Below, in pieces: positions 12,103-24,711 of a stretch of 64,000 nt of DNA; positions within the stretch are counted from its first letter, which is position 1, and every line of letters begins with the position of its first letter. The translations under genes were made by a program, and so were the position numbers. Origin of the DNA: Eledone cirrhosa (Eukaryota); assembly GCA_964016885.1 (NCBI GenBank), contig OZ024747.1, positions 48,608,001 through 48,672,000 of the forward strand, read 5' to 3'. The notes below the pieces were generated by a model. The model had not been told where the DNA came from, ran no database searches, and was given only the letters and a program-made list of their open reading frames with translations.

Positions 12103-12166
12103 GCGTGGAAGATGGACGTTAAACGATGATGATGATGATGATGATGATATATATATATATATGTAT

Positions 12167-12331
<165 letters not shown>

Positions 12332-12592
12332 TATACATACATATACATGTAAGTATGTATGTATATGTAGATCGCTGTGTATATGTGTGTTTGTCTAGAA
12401 GAATGGTGGCAGTGAAGAATGAGTGGTGGTGGGGGTGGGGTGGGGGTATGTTTGTGACGGTGATGCTGGTGCCGGGGTTGTGTTGTTGGTGGTGTTGGTA
12501 TTGACGGTTATTGTAGGTTTTCTGTGTGGAAAATATAAATTTAAAATGGAGAGGCCATATAAAGAAGGTAGAGAGAGAGAGAGAGAGAGAGT

Positions 12593-12635
<43 letters not shown>

Positions 12636-12663
12636 GAGGGAGTGAATGAGACCGGGAAGAGTT

Positions 12664-12714
<51 letters not shown>

Positions 12715-12739
12715 GGAGTGAATGAGACTGAGAAGAGTT

Positions 12740-12833
<94 letters not shown>

Positions 12834-12851
12834 TGAGACTGAGAAGAGTTT

Positions 12852-12895
<44 letters not shown>

Positions 12896-13838
12896 TGTAT
12901 GTGAGGACAGGGGTACTGAAATTTTGAGAGAGGCAATGAGGGTAGGAAGAAGAGATTGAGACAGGGGAAGGGAGAGGGAGAGAGAAAGTGAAGCCGTAAA
13001 GGAAGTAAGACTGAGAAGTGGAAGGAGGGGGAGAGTGTGATGGTGATTCTGGTGGATAGAAATGGTGGGGTAGTGGTTATTTGATGATTATATTGGTGGT
13101 CTTTATTTCTTCTTCTTCTTCTTCTTCTTCTTCTTCTTCTTCTTCTTCTTCTTCTTCTTCTTCTTCTTCTTTTTCTTCCTTTGTATTCTGGATATGGTAG
13201 TGGTTATGGTGGGGATGTTGGTGTCAGTGTTGTTGGTGGTGGTGGTGGAGGTTTGATGGATGGAATAAAAAAGGCGGGTATTTTACAAGTTGACCTTGTG
13301 TGAAAAGTTTTCTTTCAATACCATTATATTTTTTTTTTATTAATATTAATATTAATATTATTATTTTGCTCAGCGCCCTCTGGTGCAATTCTTCTAAAAC
13401 AAAACAAAACAACAAAAAACAATATAAAAACAAACCCAAAAAGTTTGAATGGTTATAAGTAAGGAACCACTGTAGGTAAAGAATCAGTTTTGCACTCAAC
13501 CGGGTTGATTGTACAACTTAACTGGTACCATTCCTTCGGAAATCAAATTCTTCCAGACCAAGGAGCGTTCATTTCTTTTTCATCAAGAAATGAGTAAGTT
13601 TTTTTTTTTATTCCCTTCTTTTACTATTTAAAAAAAAATATATCCCTAGAAGTTCCCCTCATTTCCTTCGTTCTTTCTTTTTTCTTCTTCTTTGATTCTT
13701 TCTTTCATTAATTCATTCTTTGCTATATATATCTTTTTCTTTCATTTTTTTACTTCTTCAATTCTTTCTATTTTCTTTTCTATCTTTAGTTATTTCTGAC
13801 AGTTTTTAACTTGTTCTTTCTTTCTTTCTATCTTTCTT

Positions 13839-13906
<68 letters not shown>

Positions 13907-14630
13907 TCATTTTTCTTTCTTTCTTTCGTTCCTTAAGCTTTAATCTTTCTTTTGCGCTTAAAACATTCTAGTATCATCCATTTTCTTTTTTTAATTCTTG
14001 GATCCCAACAATTCGTATTTTTACTATTATTATTGTATTTTACACACATCTATACATATATACATTCATACATAAATATATACTTATATGGATACCTACA
14101 TATACTCATACATACATATATACACACATACATGTATAACTACACATATACATACATATATACATATAAACATAAATACATAGATACACACAATTATGGA
14201 TACATAATACATACATGCAGGTACATAATTATATATGTAACAATGGCTATGTTTCACAAATGATTTGAGCTGAGTCCATGTATTGAACCTGGTTTCATCA
14301 CGGAAGAAACAAGCCAACACATACAAATTGATATATTTTCTTTAACATGTATATTATTTCTTAAAAGCGCAGTCTATTCTGAAATATCAAAGACAATTCC
14401 ACCGTGGAAACGTTTATTGAAGTGACCAGGTCATAGGAGTTCGACGTTTTTGACACTTCATAATAGACTACACAATTAACAAACAAATGTAAAGGGAATT
14501 CAAATAATTTCACACGCCTGTGTAGTTAGATTACTCACGCATTCAGATCAAATCAATTTGACAAACAAGTGGCTTCACCCTATACACACTCATATAAACA
14601 GCAAAAATTGTCTCTTCTAAAATGTAATTG

Positions 14631-14701
<71 letters not shown>

Positions 14702-15191
14702 CTACATACTTTTGTCATGGTTACCTAGACATATCTAGTGAACACCAAGAACTGTCAGTTCAGCACACACTGTCACACTGTCACACTGACACTCGGCGTT
14801 TCTGCTTTTCTGCTTTTCTGTTTTTCTGCTCACGTCTGTCAAAAAAACCACGTGTTAAGATTTAGAAAAACCGGCAAGCTAGCATCAATTCTGACCCATA
14901 TTTCTATTGTATCTTGCTTGATTTTGATGATCTGGGACTATTATAAGTGTGGTGGTGCAGGGCTTAGTGGTCAGTAAGAAAAAAGAAAGATAGATAGTTA
15001 AAGACAAAGAGATAAATAGATAGATAGATAGATAAATAGATAGAGAGAGAGAGAGAGAGGGGTAGAGTGAGAGAGAAGTGGGATCTACAGAAATAGTGAA
15101 TAAATGAGAAAAACATTTGTACCATTGTGCATCTGTTTATGCGTATATGTGTATATGCATGTGTGGGTATGTGTGTGTGTTTGTGAAGACA

Positions 15192-15310
15192 CGTGGCTTG
15201 GTCGTTAGAGTGCTCAGCTCGCGATCGTAAGGTCATTAGTTCGATTCCCAACGATGCTTTATTTCGTTGAGTATGACACTTTGCTTCACGTTGCTCCGGT
15301 CCATTAAGTT
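15192..15310 (+). mobile_element. Degenerate tRNA-derived SINE head (family S2)
   Basis: TGGCTTGGTCGTTAGAG (A-box-like) and GTTCGATTCC (B box). Confidence 0.65.
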
Positions 15311-15424
15311 GCCAGAACAATACAAAATGAAATAGAACGAAACAAAATATAATAAAAAAAGTAGTCACTAGAATTTTATTTGTCGTATGAGTGCGTGGGA
15401 TATATTATATTATATGAAGGTGAG

Positions 15425-15578
15425 CTGAGTTCAAATTCCGCCGAAGTTAGCTTTGCCTTTCATCCTAACAGGGCCGATAAAATAAAGTACCAGTAATGCG
15501 CTGGCGCTAGAGTCGATTTTAATCGACTTTACCCTCCCTCGAAAATTGTTGGCTTTGTGCCTAAATCAGAAACCATTA
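15425..15578 (+). mobile_element. SINE family S1, older copy
   Basis: GAGTTCAAATTCCGCCGA..CTTTGCCTTTCATCC..GATAAAATAAAGTACCAGT. Confidence 0.75.
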
Positions 15579-16089
15579 TATAGAGGTGAGCTCTTGAATT
15601 TGTCGAGTCAGCAAACCCACCCAGTTTTATTTACTCCTTCACAGTGTAGAGAAATATTACATCACGTCTGACGTCACCATTTACAAAGATACATACGTCA
15701 TACCTCTACACCCTTCTGACCCAACTTAGCGCGCCTCTTTAAAAACTACGAAGATTTGTGCATTTTTGCTTGCATAAATGAAGTGTGAATTGGTGTAATG
15801 TGAGTGAATAAATGAGTGAATTACACGATTACTAGAGCAAAGCAGTACTGTAAAAAGTGTCCATACTGCATTACGTACGCTCAGTACAGAAAGGGAAATA
15901 AGGTTAACCAATTGGCTTGGGCTTAACATTGTAAAAAGTGGGGGACTACGATTTTGAAGGGAGCTGCTGTTAGAAAGAAACTGGGGGTGGGGGACTGGGG
16001 CTATTCTTTGATAAAGAATTATGTTTTTTTTATGAATTTGTTAGGAGCTTTGATTTTGTTGTTTGTAAATACATCATGTACACAGCATG

Positions 16090-16155
<66 letters not shown>

Positions 16156-16353
16156 TGTGTGTGTGTATGTGAGTGTATCTGCATGTTCATAATGCATTTA
16201 CAAACATGCATCTCAATCATTATAAATATGTTGAGAAAATCAGGTAAAATATTCCTAGAGACGGAAAAAGAGGACAGGTGCATACGCCTCTGTCCCCTTT
16301 TTCTCTCTCCAGTCTTAACTTTACCCGATTGATTCATAGTGATCGACTATTAT

Positions 16354-16543
16354 TGGTGGATTGGCAGTATCGATAGAGGGTCGGACGCCATGCTTTCCAG
16401 CATAGTTACGTCCCTTTACGATCTGAGTTCAAATCCCGCCGAGGTTGACTTTGCCTTTCATCCTTACGGGGTCGATAAAATAAAGTACCAGTAATGCACT
16501 GGGTAATTGCTGGCCTTGTGCCTAAAGTAGAAACAATTATTAT
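16354..16543 (+). mobile_element. SINE family S1, full-length young copy
   Basis: B-box-like GAGTTCAAATCCC and an (ATT)n-type tail. Nearly identical to the reverse complement of 63785-63971. Confidence 0.85.
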
Positions 16544-16550
16544 AATCACT

Positions 16551-17003
16551 ACGAGTGGCTTTTCTGCTAGCTTGTTGAGTGTGTATATTGATATTATACG
16601 CAAGTATATATACATGTAGATATGATATATGAAATAAAATCGTAATTGACAATATATAATACATAGAAATTGAACGAAGACTGTATTACACTGTCTTATG
16701 TAATCAGTAACGTAATCCATGGTGCATTAAAAAAAGACGATATTTTATATAAACTGCATTAGGAGAAAATTAGTATGTTTATTTAAGCGATCACCAACCG
16801 GAAGTGTTGACATTTCAGAAATGTTAAACAAGTGAATCTTTAAATAAACAAAATATATTTAATCAACAGCCACGAAATTTAGTAGATAAATTATGTAATA
16901 TTCATTCATTATTTATTCAAAGTAATCCAACTTATTTTACTAATGGGATAAAAAAGTATAAACCGTACGCAGTCCCGCGCTCCTCCGTTTATTATAGTTT
17001 AGA
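16551..17003 (-). mobile_element. Helitron H1, second copy (3' end truncated)
   Basis: Collinear with 720-1277 and has the same TC start on the minus strand. Confidence 0.8.
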
Positions 17004-17254
17004 TTTGCATTACGATACATATATTTCAATTTTCAAAATTTACCATTTTCTCATTGATTTTTAAGTCAACCTACATATATATAAACAAAAAACAAAAAAC
17101 AATAACGAAGAGTGCAGTACGAACAGTGTCGGTATTAGGTTCACGCTTGAGAGTGGAGGGTGGGGGACGATGTTTCGGGCATAAGCCCTTTATAAGGAGA
17201 GAAATGGGAAGGAAAAGAGTTCCGAGGGTGTGAGGGGAGTGATGGAAAGACATT

Positions 17255-17473
17255 CATAGTTTTGGTGACAAATACAGTGAAGGAGGCAGAGGATTTGATG
17301 CAGCAGGTTGAGACTGCGTCGATGAGTGTGGGGCAGAGAATGAATGAGGCTAAAACAAAATATCTGTTAGAGAATGTTGAGAAGCCAGAGGAGATCACTA
17401 ATGTAGGCAGGAAGCCGCTGGAATTGGTTGAGGACTTCCTGTATTTGGGAGCAAAGATTGGGAATACGGAAGA
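17255..17473 (+). mobile_element. RTE-clade LINE internal fragment
   Basis: LVTNTVKEAEDLM...VEDFLYLGAKIGNTED. Same family as 50434-52255. Confidence 0.85.
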
Positions 17474-17550
17474 TATATATATATATATATATGTATACAA
17501 TATGTATATATGTATATATATATATATACATACATATATATAATATATAT

Positions 17551-17599
<49 letters not shown>

Positions 17600-17622
17600 C
17601 ACACATATATATATAATATATA

Positions 17623-17658
<36 letters not shown>

Positions 17659-17790
17659 AGATAAATCTACCAAGAGTTTACGGTAGTGTCCAATCCGTAT
17701 GAAGAACTCAATGTATTCCGGATATCATGGAAAGAAGAGATGTAATGAAAATCCACTTTCGGTGAAAGATAAACGGTATACAGAGTCAAG

Positions 17791-18190
17791 ATAAAATATT
17801 AAACAAATAATGAATAAACAATTCCTTATATTAAACAAAAAAAGTTCATTATTTAACGATCGTTTCTAGGGTATATATGTGTTATAATTGGTATGCATAT
17901 TCAACAGATCTATGTACAAAATTATACAAAATTATACAAATTATCAAGATTAAATATACATACCTAACACATATATACGCCGTCTTCAGAAATATTATTT
18001 CTGAAGACGGCGTATATATGTGTTAGGTATGTATATTTAATCTTGATAATTTGTATAATTTTGTATAATTTTGTACATAGATCTGTTGAATATGCATACC
18101 AATTATAACACATATATACCCTAGAAACGATCGTTAAATAATGAACTTTTTTTGTTTAATATAAGGAATTGTTTATTCATTATTTGTTTA

Positions 18191-18199
<9 letters not shown>
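17791..18199. mobile_element. Fold-back palindrome, HHR family E
   Basis: Essentially perfect arms of about 200 bp with a 3-nt loop at 17994-17996, and (TA)n on the right. Confidence 0.88.
17994..18142 (+). ncRNA. Hammerhead-like ribozyme with very long stem II (family E)
   Basis: Stem I ATTATTT/AAATAAT; CTGAAGA at 18001-18007; self-complementary stem II region of about 115 nt; GAAA at 18124-18127; palindromic stem III ACGATCGT; GUU site. Confidence 0.6.
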
Positions 18200-18238
<39 letters not shown>

Positions 18239-18242
<4 letters not shown>

Positions 18243-18360
18243 AATATAGATGAGATTCTACAGGACTAGAACTGTTTCATTCTTTAGAAATCATCTGGAA
18301 TCTGATGATTTCTAAAGAATGAAACAGTTCTAGTCCTGTAGAATCTCATCTATATTAAAA
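18239..18360. mobile_element. Fold-back palindrome, HHR family F
   Basis: Perfect arms of about 57 bp; core CTGATGA-TTTCTAAAGAAT-GAAACAGTT at 18302-18329. A relative lies at 45401-45521. Confidence 0.75.
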
Positions 18361-18432
18361 CTTTTATACTCTGCAATGTATTGAGTACCTTACTTACTAT
18401 GGTTACCTCCGACTCAACCCGGAATAACGTAC

Positions 18433-18484
<52 letters not shown>

Positions 18485-19748
18485 CAGTGTGCGGTCGGTA
18501 TTTGAAGACAGATTTATGGTTTTTAAAAAACGCTTATATAATAACAGAAAAAAACTGTATTCTTATAAAAATAATATAAACATAAAGCTAAATTATCAAT
18601 TTAATAATTTCATTCAATAAAACCACCATAAGCATCAATAACTACCTCTGCGTGTGGTTGATATTGCTTACAAGCTCGGATTAAGTGGTCCTTGTTCATA
18701 TCGGACAGACTCGAACTATTGCGGCTTTCAAAGAATCTTTTGTGCTATGGGGGTGTTCATTGACATTTTTCTCAACGATGCTCCATACATAGTAGTCCAG
18801 GGGATTGAGATCTGGAGAATTAGGAGGCCAAATGTTGGGGTGATGTGATCATGCAATTTTTACGGCCATCCATTCTTGTGTTATTTGAGCCTTGTGTGAT
18901 GGTGCAGAATCTTGTTGAAAGACATAAGGCCTTCCATTGCATACAATGTTGATCCAAGGCTTAACAACTTCATCCAGAACCTCAATATACGCAGCAGCAT
19001 TCACCCTAAGGCCTTGTTGAAAAAAGTGAGGAGGATCACATGTCCTTCATTATTAACAACACCCAAAACCAAGACACTTGCAGGAAATTTTGTGTGCATT
19101 ACTCTTGGAACCTCAGAAGGGTCTGCACTTAGCCACCTGTCATTTCTTCTGTTAGTTTTCTGGTCCTGGTCAAAATTTTTCTCATCTGAGAAAAACCAAA
19201 TCACATCATCTTCTGGTGGATTTTTAAGTTTGTTCAAAAGTCTTTTGGATCTGATTAAACGGTTTTCTTTTGTTTTTTTCTGACATGAATTGACCTCTCC
19301 TCATCACGGAAGATTTGTATCTGATGTCTTCATGCACAACATTTCTGATTTTTTTTCTGACACACCAACATTTTTTGCAATTGACCTCATTGATTTTACT
19401 GGATTGTCATCAATGTTTTGCTTAACTTCCTGAATAAATTCATGTGTCCTCATAGAATCAGAGGATTTGGAATGTTTTTTTACGTTTTGATACAGGTAGT
19501 ACGCTTCCATATTCTTTCTCTAACTCACACCGAATTTTGTGGACAAAAGATCTTGCAACTTTCAGAAAAAGAGAAATTTCTAAATCACCATGCTTAGCCT
19601 TCAAAGCCACATCACAGCATGCCTTTTCATTTCATTAGTAAGCATAGCTATTTTCATTGTTATTTTCTGAAATAGAAGTTCAATAAAAATTAGTTAAATA
19701 AAATAATGACTAAAAATGCACGTGTCCTCAAATACCGTCCGCACCCTG
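18485..19748 (-). mobile_element. Tc1/mariner DNA transposon, DD37D (maT) type, decayed transposase
   Basis: TA flanks. TIRs CAGTGTGCGGTCGGTATTTGAAGACA / TGTCCTCAAATACCGTCCGCACCCTG. Minus-strand motifs WFFSDEKNF, NRRNDRW, FQQDSAPSH and WPPNSPDLNPLDY, with about 37 residues between the last two Asp after frameshift correction. Confidence 0.9.
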
Positions 19749-19778
19749 TATGTATATAAATATATATATATATTATAT

Positions 19779-19972
19779 AGGAAAAAGTATGACCCGGACG
19801 GCAGAGCTCAAGCCGTTTCGACGGCTATTTCTGGATTCAGAAATAGCCGTCGAAACGGCTTGAGCTCTGCCGTCGGGGTCATACTTTTTCCTTTTTCCCA
19901 CTCTATTACCCTAAGTATTGAGTACTCTGGTGCGTTATGGTCCATTTGGTTTCTTACCACAATTCCTTTGTT
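19779..19972. mobile_element. HHR family C element: hairpin 19779-19892 plus tail
   Basis: Arms of about 55 bp around the loop GATT; GAAACGGC..GCCGTC stem III with GUC; TA-flanked. Confidence 0.75.
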
Positions 19973-20111
19973 ATATATATATTATATATATATATATCCA
20001 GGGAGTGTAACGGGAAGTTACTGTAGGTTTAAGCAGGTGAGAACTCGATGTTTAGGTTCATGTCAGGTGCGAGGTGTAGAGCTAGACCGAGTGTAATATA
20101 AAAATAATACA

Positions 20112-20370
20112 AGGACGATTTGTTAAGCCTTCATTACGTTTATTGATTGGTGACGTGCATTCGCTATTGATCAGCTCAAGGTTCAATCTGTATCGATCTG
20201 GCCCCACTCTGGAATCAAAAGCTCGTCGGACTTCTGTCATTACTACAATAGAGGTCCGACGAACTTTTGATTCCAGAGTCGGGCCAGATCGATACACGAA
20301 CATTGAACTGATCAATAGCGAAACGCGTGTCACCAATCAATAACGTAATGAAGTCTTAACAAATCCTCCT
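20112..20370. mobile_element. Diverged fold-back palindrome (family N)
   Basis: Arms of about 120 bp with many mismatches. The right arm has the HHR 3' half GCGAAAC-GCGT-GTC. Confidence 0.7.
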
Positions 20371-21011
20371 TGGATGGGAAGAGTAACGACGTTATCTTCA
20401 AGAGAACTTTCAGCCCGGGGCCTATGGACAACTTCCAGAAATCCCTGGCCTCGCAGTGCTACCGGGGAGCGTTGTCGGTTCGAGATAAGCTCTACAGGCA
20501 CGGAGGTGCTGTCAGCCGAGTCTGTCCGAGATGTGCGTAGGGCGACGAAACCGTCCTGCACGCACTCGTTCAGTGCCCGAGGATTGCTGACTTGTGGAGC
20601 TATGTCGAACAGCTGCTGTCGCATGTAGGACGGATCCGGTTATCGGCTGATAGCCCCGCCATCCTCCTTTAAAGAGGAGGAAGGGCAGGCAGTTTTCATC
20701 TGCCTGGTGGCCATGGCGAAAGAGATTGTGTGGTGGACAAGGTTGAAAGGGTTGAAGACGGACACTTTCCTCTCCGGCCAATCCCTGATTAACTTTTTCA
20801 AGTTTCACTTGAAAAGGAAAATCAGGGTGGAGAGTTTGTTGAAAGGTGGGTGAAAGTGGCGAGTCTGGTCCGAGTGAATGGGCCCGCTCTGAGTATGCGC
20901 CTGTAGACTGAGGAGTGGGAAAAGTGAGAGAGGGCGCTTGCCCTGGTGGTCAGGTGGCCGTAGTCTTTTGTGTGGTTTTCACCACGAGTGACCCTCGGAG
21001 GTTTCCCCCTT
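20371..21011 (+). mobile_element. Tx1/L1-clade LINE 3' fragment (zf-RVT region + 3' UTR)
   Basis: DNFQKSLASQCYRGALSVRDKLYRHG, CPRC..DETVLHALVQC and LWSYVEQLL. Confidence 0.75.
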
Positions 21012-23930
21012 CAGGTCAGGCTTGTTGTGTTCTAATTTCTTGTCCGTCTGTATCCTCAAATCCCATAGCACCTTCACCTGATCGTTTTCTATCAACGCCT
21101 CTGGCTTATGCTCATACCACTTCTCAGAATATGGTAAATTGTTTAGTTTGCATAGATGCCAGTGAATCACCTTTTCTATCATATCATGTCTCCAGCTTTT
21201 ATAGTGAGTCTGGGCTAGGTGTTTACACTCAGATACAATGTGAGCCACAGTTTCCCCTCTCTGTCCACAGATCCTACACAGTGAACTAGCCTCCTCCTTG
21301 TCAATATGGTGTTTCACCCACTTCGTTCTGAGGGCTTGTTCTTGCGCAGCCATTAGCATTCCTTCTGTAGCTTTTTTAAGGTCTCCTCTTTTAAACCAGT
21401 TCCATGTCTGTGGGTCTCTGAATTCCGTTTTCTTAAAGAAGGTGCTATGAAGGGATTTTTCATGAAGGCTGCTCTTCCTCCCTGCTGTTATTTCTTCCTT
21501 GAACATCACCTGGTCCTCTCCTTCAGTACAATTTTGAGCATTGGCTCCCTACTGTAAGACACATATTTGTGCAGGTTATTTTTCTCCATCTGAACACAGT
21601 TCTCTATGCTGATAAGACCTCTTCGACCTTCAGATCTCTTTAAGTAGCGTCTATCAACATCACTCCACTTGTGGAACATGTTGTAGATAGTCATTAGCTT
21701 CCTTGTCTTTCTATCCATTTCTTTTTGTTCAGTAACATTCCATTTCAGAATTCCGGCACTGTACCTAATAATAGACACAGCTCGGGAATTTACTGCACTT
21801 ATGACACTCCTACTATTTAGATGTGATTTTAGTATGTTCCTTACTCTCCTTATGACCTCAGATCTAACCAATTCCTTCATTTTATTATTTTTTATGTCAT
21901 CTGCCTCCAGAACACCAACATATTTGTATCCCTACTCAGTGTCAATTTCCTTTATCATCTCATCTGTTGATACCTGGATTCCATTGCTTCTGTTCAACTT
22001 ACTCCCCCTTCATCACTAGGACTCCACACTTATTAACACCAAATTCCATACATATATCATTGCTGAAAATACGGACAGTGTTTACGAGTACATCCAACCC
22101 CTTCTCACTTTTTCCAAAGAGTTTAAGATCGTCCATGAAGAGGAGGTGGTTGATGGTAAGCTCTCCTCTTCCCAGCTTGTACCATGCTTTCATTTTTCGC
22201 AATGTGAGGGACAAGGGTATGAGGGTAAGGACAAACAACAAAGGGGACAAACTATCTCCCTAGAAGATACCTCTCTTGATTCTCCACCTGATGTTAACTC
22301 TGTTTCCCAGGACTTCATACTTTTACTTAATAGCTGTCTGATGTTGTCTGCCACCTTGAAGATCTCTAGGGTTTCGGTTATCCAAGAATGAGGTACCATG
22401 TCGAATGCCTTCTTGTAATCTATCCATCCCATGGCAAGACCAGTATGCCTCCTCTTGTAATTCCTTATTACCATCTTATCAATAAGTAACTGGTCTCTTG
22501 TACCACGGGACTTCTTTCAGCATCCTTTCTGTTCGTCCGGTAACAAGTTGTTTTTGTGAAGGTGATGGTAGATTTCCTCAGACACAACACTTGTTAACAG
22601 TTTCAACATTACAGATAGACATGTGATAGACCTATAGTTGGTAACCTCATTACCCTTGATTCGGTCTTTCATTACCCGACACCAAGCAGTCATTGAACAT
22701 GGCTGTCAGTTTTGGGTGGAGGGATGTTATATTTTTTATCTAATATCCTGGCACACCATCTGGGTCTGGTGATTTCCAGTTGGTTAGTTTATTGGCCTAC
22801 TTTTTAAGAGTTTCGGCTTTGATACTCAAATCAGGTTGTTGGTGTGCTTGTTCACTAATCTCCTTTTGAACTGTCTCAATCTACGCAGCCTGACTGTTAT
22901 GTTCAACATCCTGCTCCCATATTCCTCCCCAGAATGTCTTAGTCTGTTCAGCTTTAGGGATCACATCGTTACCTCTTTCTTTCTCTTCAAGCTGTTCAAA
23001 CAACATCTTCTGGTTGTTGTCAAACATGGGGTTCTGTCCATACTGACTCACTCCTTTCCCATACCGCTTAATCTTTGCGCTTTTTGCTACTATGCATTGA
23101 TTCAGTTCCTCTATGATAACCTTTAGCTCCTTTCCCTTAGTTTTGTATTTTATTTTCAATCTATCTTTAGTGTCTATGTTTTGTAATGTCCCATTTAGTA
23201 AAGACTCAAGTTTTCCAATGTCTTTTCTCATTTCCTTTATTTGACCTTTCAGTCGTTTCTTTCGCCAAGGCTCTGCTCTTTCTCGCTTGTTGTTTCTTCT
23301 CGTTTTTATACCAAGTAATTTTTTCACCACATTAGCGGTTGCTTTGAGGATGTTGTTGCATTGGTGAAAGTTCCTCGCCTCAAGGTATTTGATGACCCTA
23401 TTTACATTAGCTGTCTACAAATCTTAGGTTCATAGGCTTTCCACTGGCTCATTTGCCTGATATACTCCACTCTCCATTTCCAACTCAATCTCTCGGCTCG
23501 GTTCCTCCAGTTTCAACTCGCCTATCCATCCATTCGTTCTTATTACACGAGCCTGACCGGCCAATTTTTGTTCACCTAATTTAAACAGACAAATCTCGTT
23601 CCAGATGTTATGGATCCATTTCCTATTGCCTTTTTCCATGGGGTTACTTACTCTTCAGATAACATTTCATGACAGTTCTATTCAATTCTTTCGTCCAGTT
23701 GGTTCTTGTCCCATTCCTACTTCTTCCTCCAACACCAGCAGTATTTGGATGACAGCCAGGTATCTGATTCTGAGCTAGGGAGCACTCGCTGGGTGAGAAT
23801 CTTTCACATGAAGTTCCAGCCTTCTTTTCACCGTTATTCGAACTATTTAGGTTCGACATTCTAATTAGCTTGCACAGTCATGGCAAGCTATTTAGAACAC
23901 TGGGTTAACCCCTTTACTTCCCCCAGAAGA
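21012..23930 (-). mobile_element. R4/Dong-like RLE LINE (family R1), near full length, decayed, 3' end lost
   Basis: Single-ORF layout from ATG 23859: WTKELNRTVMKCY; RT motifs [21 protein letters not shown] and HLLFMDDLKLF; CRIC..ETVAHIVSEC; RHD; KPDL. Multiple frameshifts. Confidence 0.92.
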
Positions 23931-24114
23931 AGAGATATTATCTCGAAATATCAGGATATTCAAATAAATTTAAGGTAAAATGCTAATTGTCAGCGCTATC
24001 TTTTGCATTTGTATTTATATTCTATATCCATACCTGCATTGTTCTGGCCTTCTAACTCCAAACGTTTATACCTCTTATACCTCACTACGCAATGCTGCAT
24101 ATAAACTAACATTT

Positions 24115-24151
<37 letters not shown>

Positions 24152-24356
24152 CACACAAGTTACGAAGTCACAAGAGAGTAAATGTGATTGATGTAGATGC
24201 CGTTCTAATGTGTGCTTAGGAACCACCATGGACCTAAACTGGGGATTATGTCTGGGTTATCAACCCTACTCCGTGGGGAATTTGTCTCTAAAGGCTTTAA
24301 AGGTTTTTCTGAATTAAGCGTTAAGCCATTTGTAAAGTATGGGAGATAGGGTTACA

Positions 24357-24525
24357 TCATCTTCACCACCATCACCACCACCACCACCACCATCATTAGC
24401 GGTGGCAGCAGCAACAGTAGTAGTAGTAGTAGTAGTGGTAGTAGTAGTAGTAGTAGTAGTGGTAGTAGTAGTAGTAGTACAAGTAGTAGTAATAGTAGTA
24501 ATAGTAGTAGTAGTAGTAGTAGTAA

Positions 24526-24560
<35 letters not shown>
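24357..24560. repeat. (CAC)n/(GTA)n microsatellite
   Basis: Direct reading of the sequence. Confidence 0.9.
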
Positions 24561-24561
<1 letters not shown>

Positions 24562-24653
24562 GGGCTATCTAGAATTGTTCCTGTCAGCGCCAGATTTTAT
24601 TTCAATCGTTTTATGTTTTCTTATCGTCTTTCGTCCGTTTTATGAACATGTCC

Positions 24654-24711
<58 letters not shown>

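Noticed and set aside
15192-15250. tRNA gene
   Set aside because: A/B boxes are present but there is no intact cloverleaf, and the sequence runs into a SINE body.
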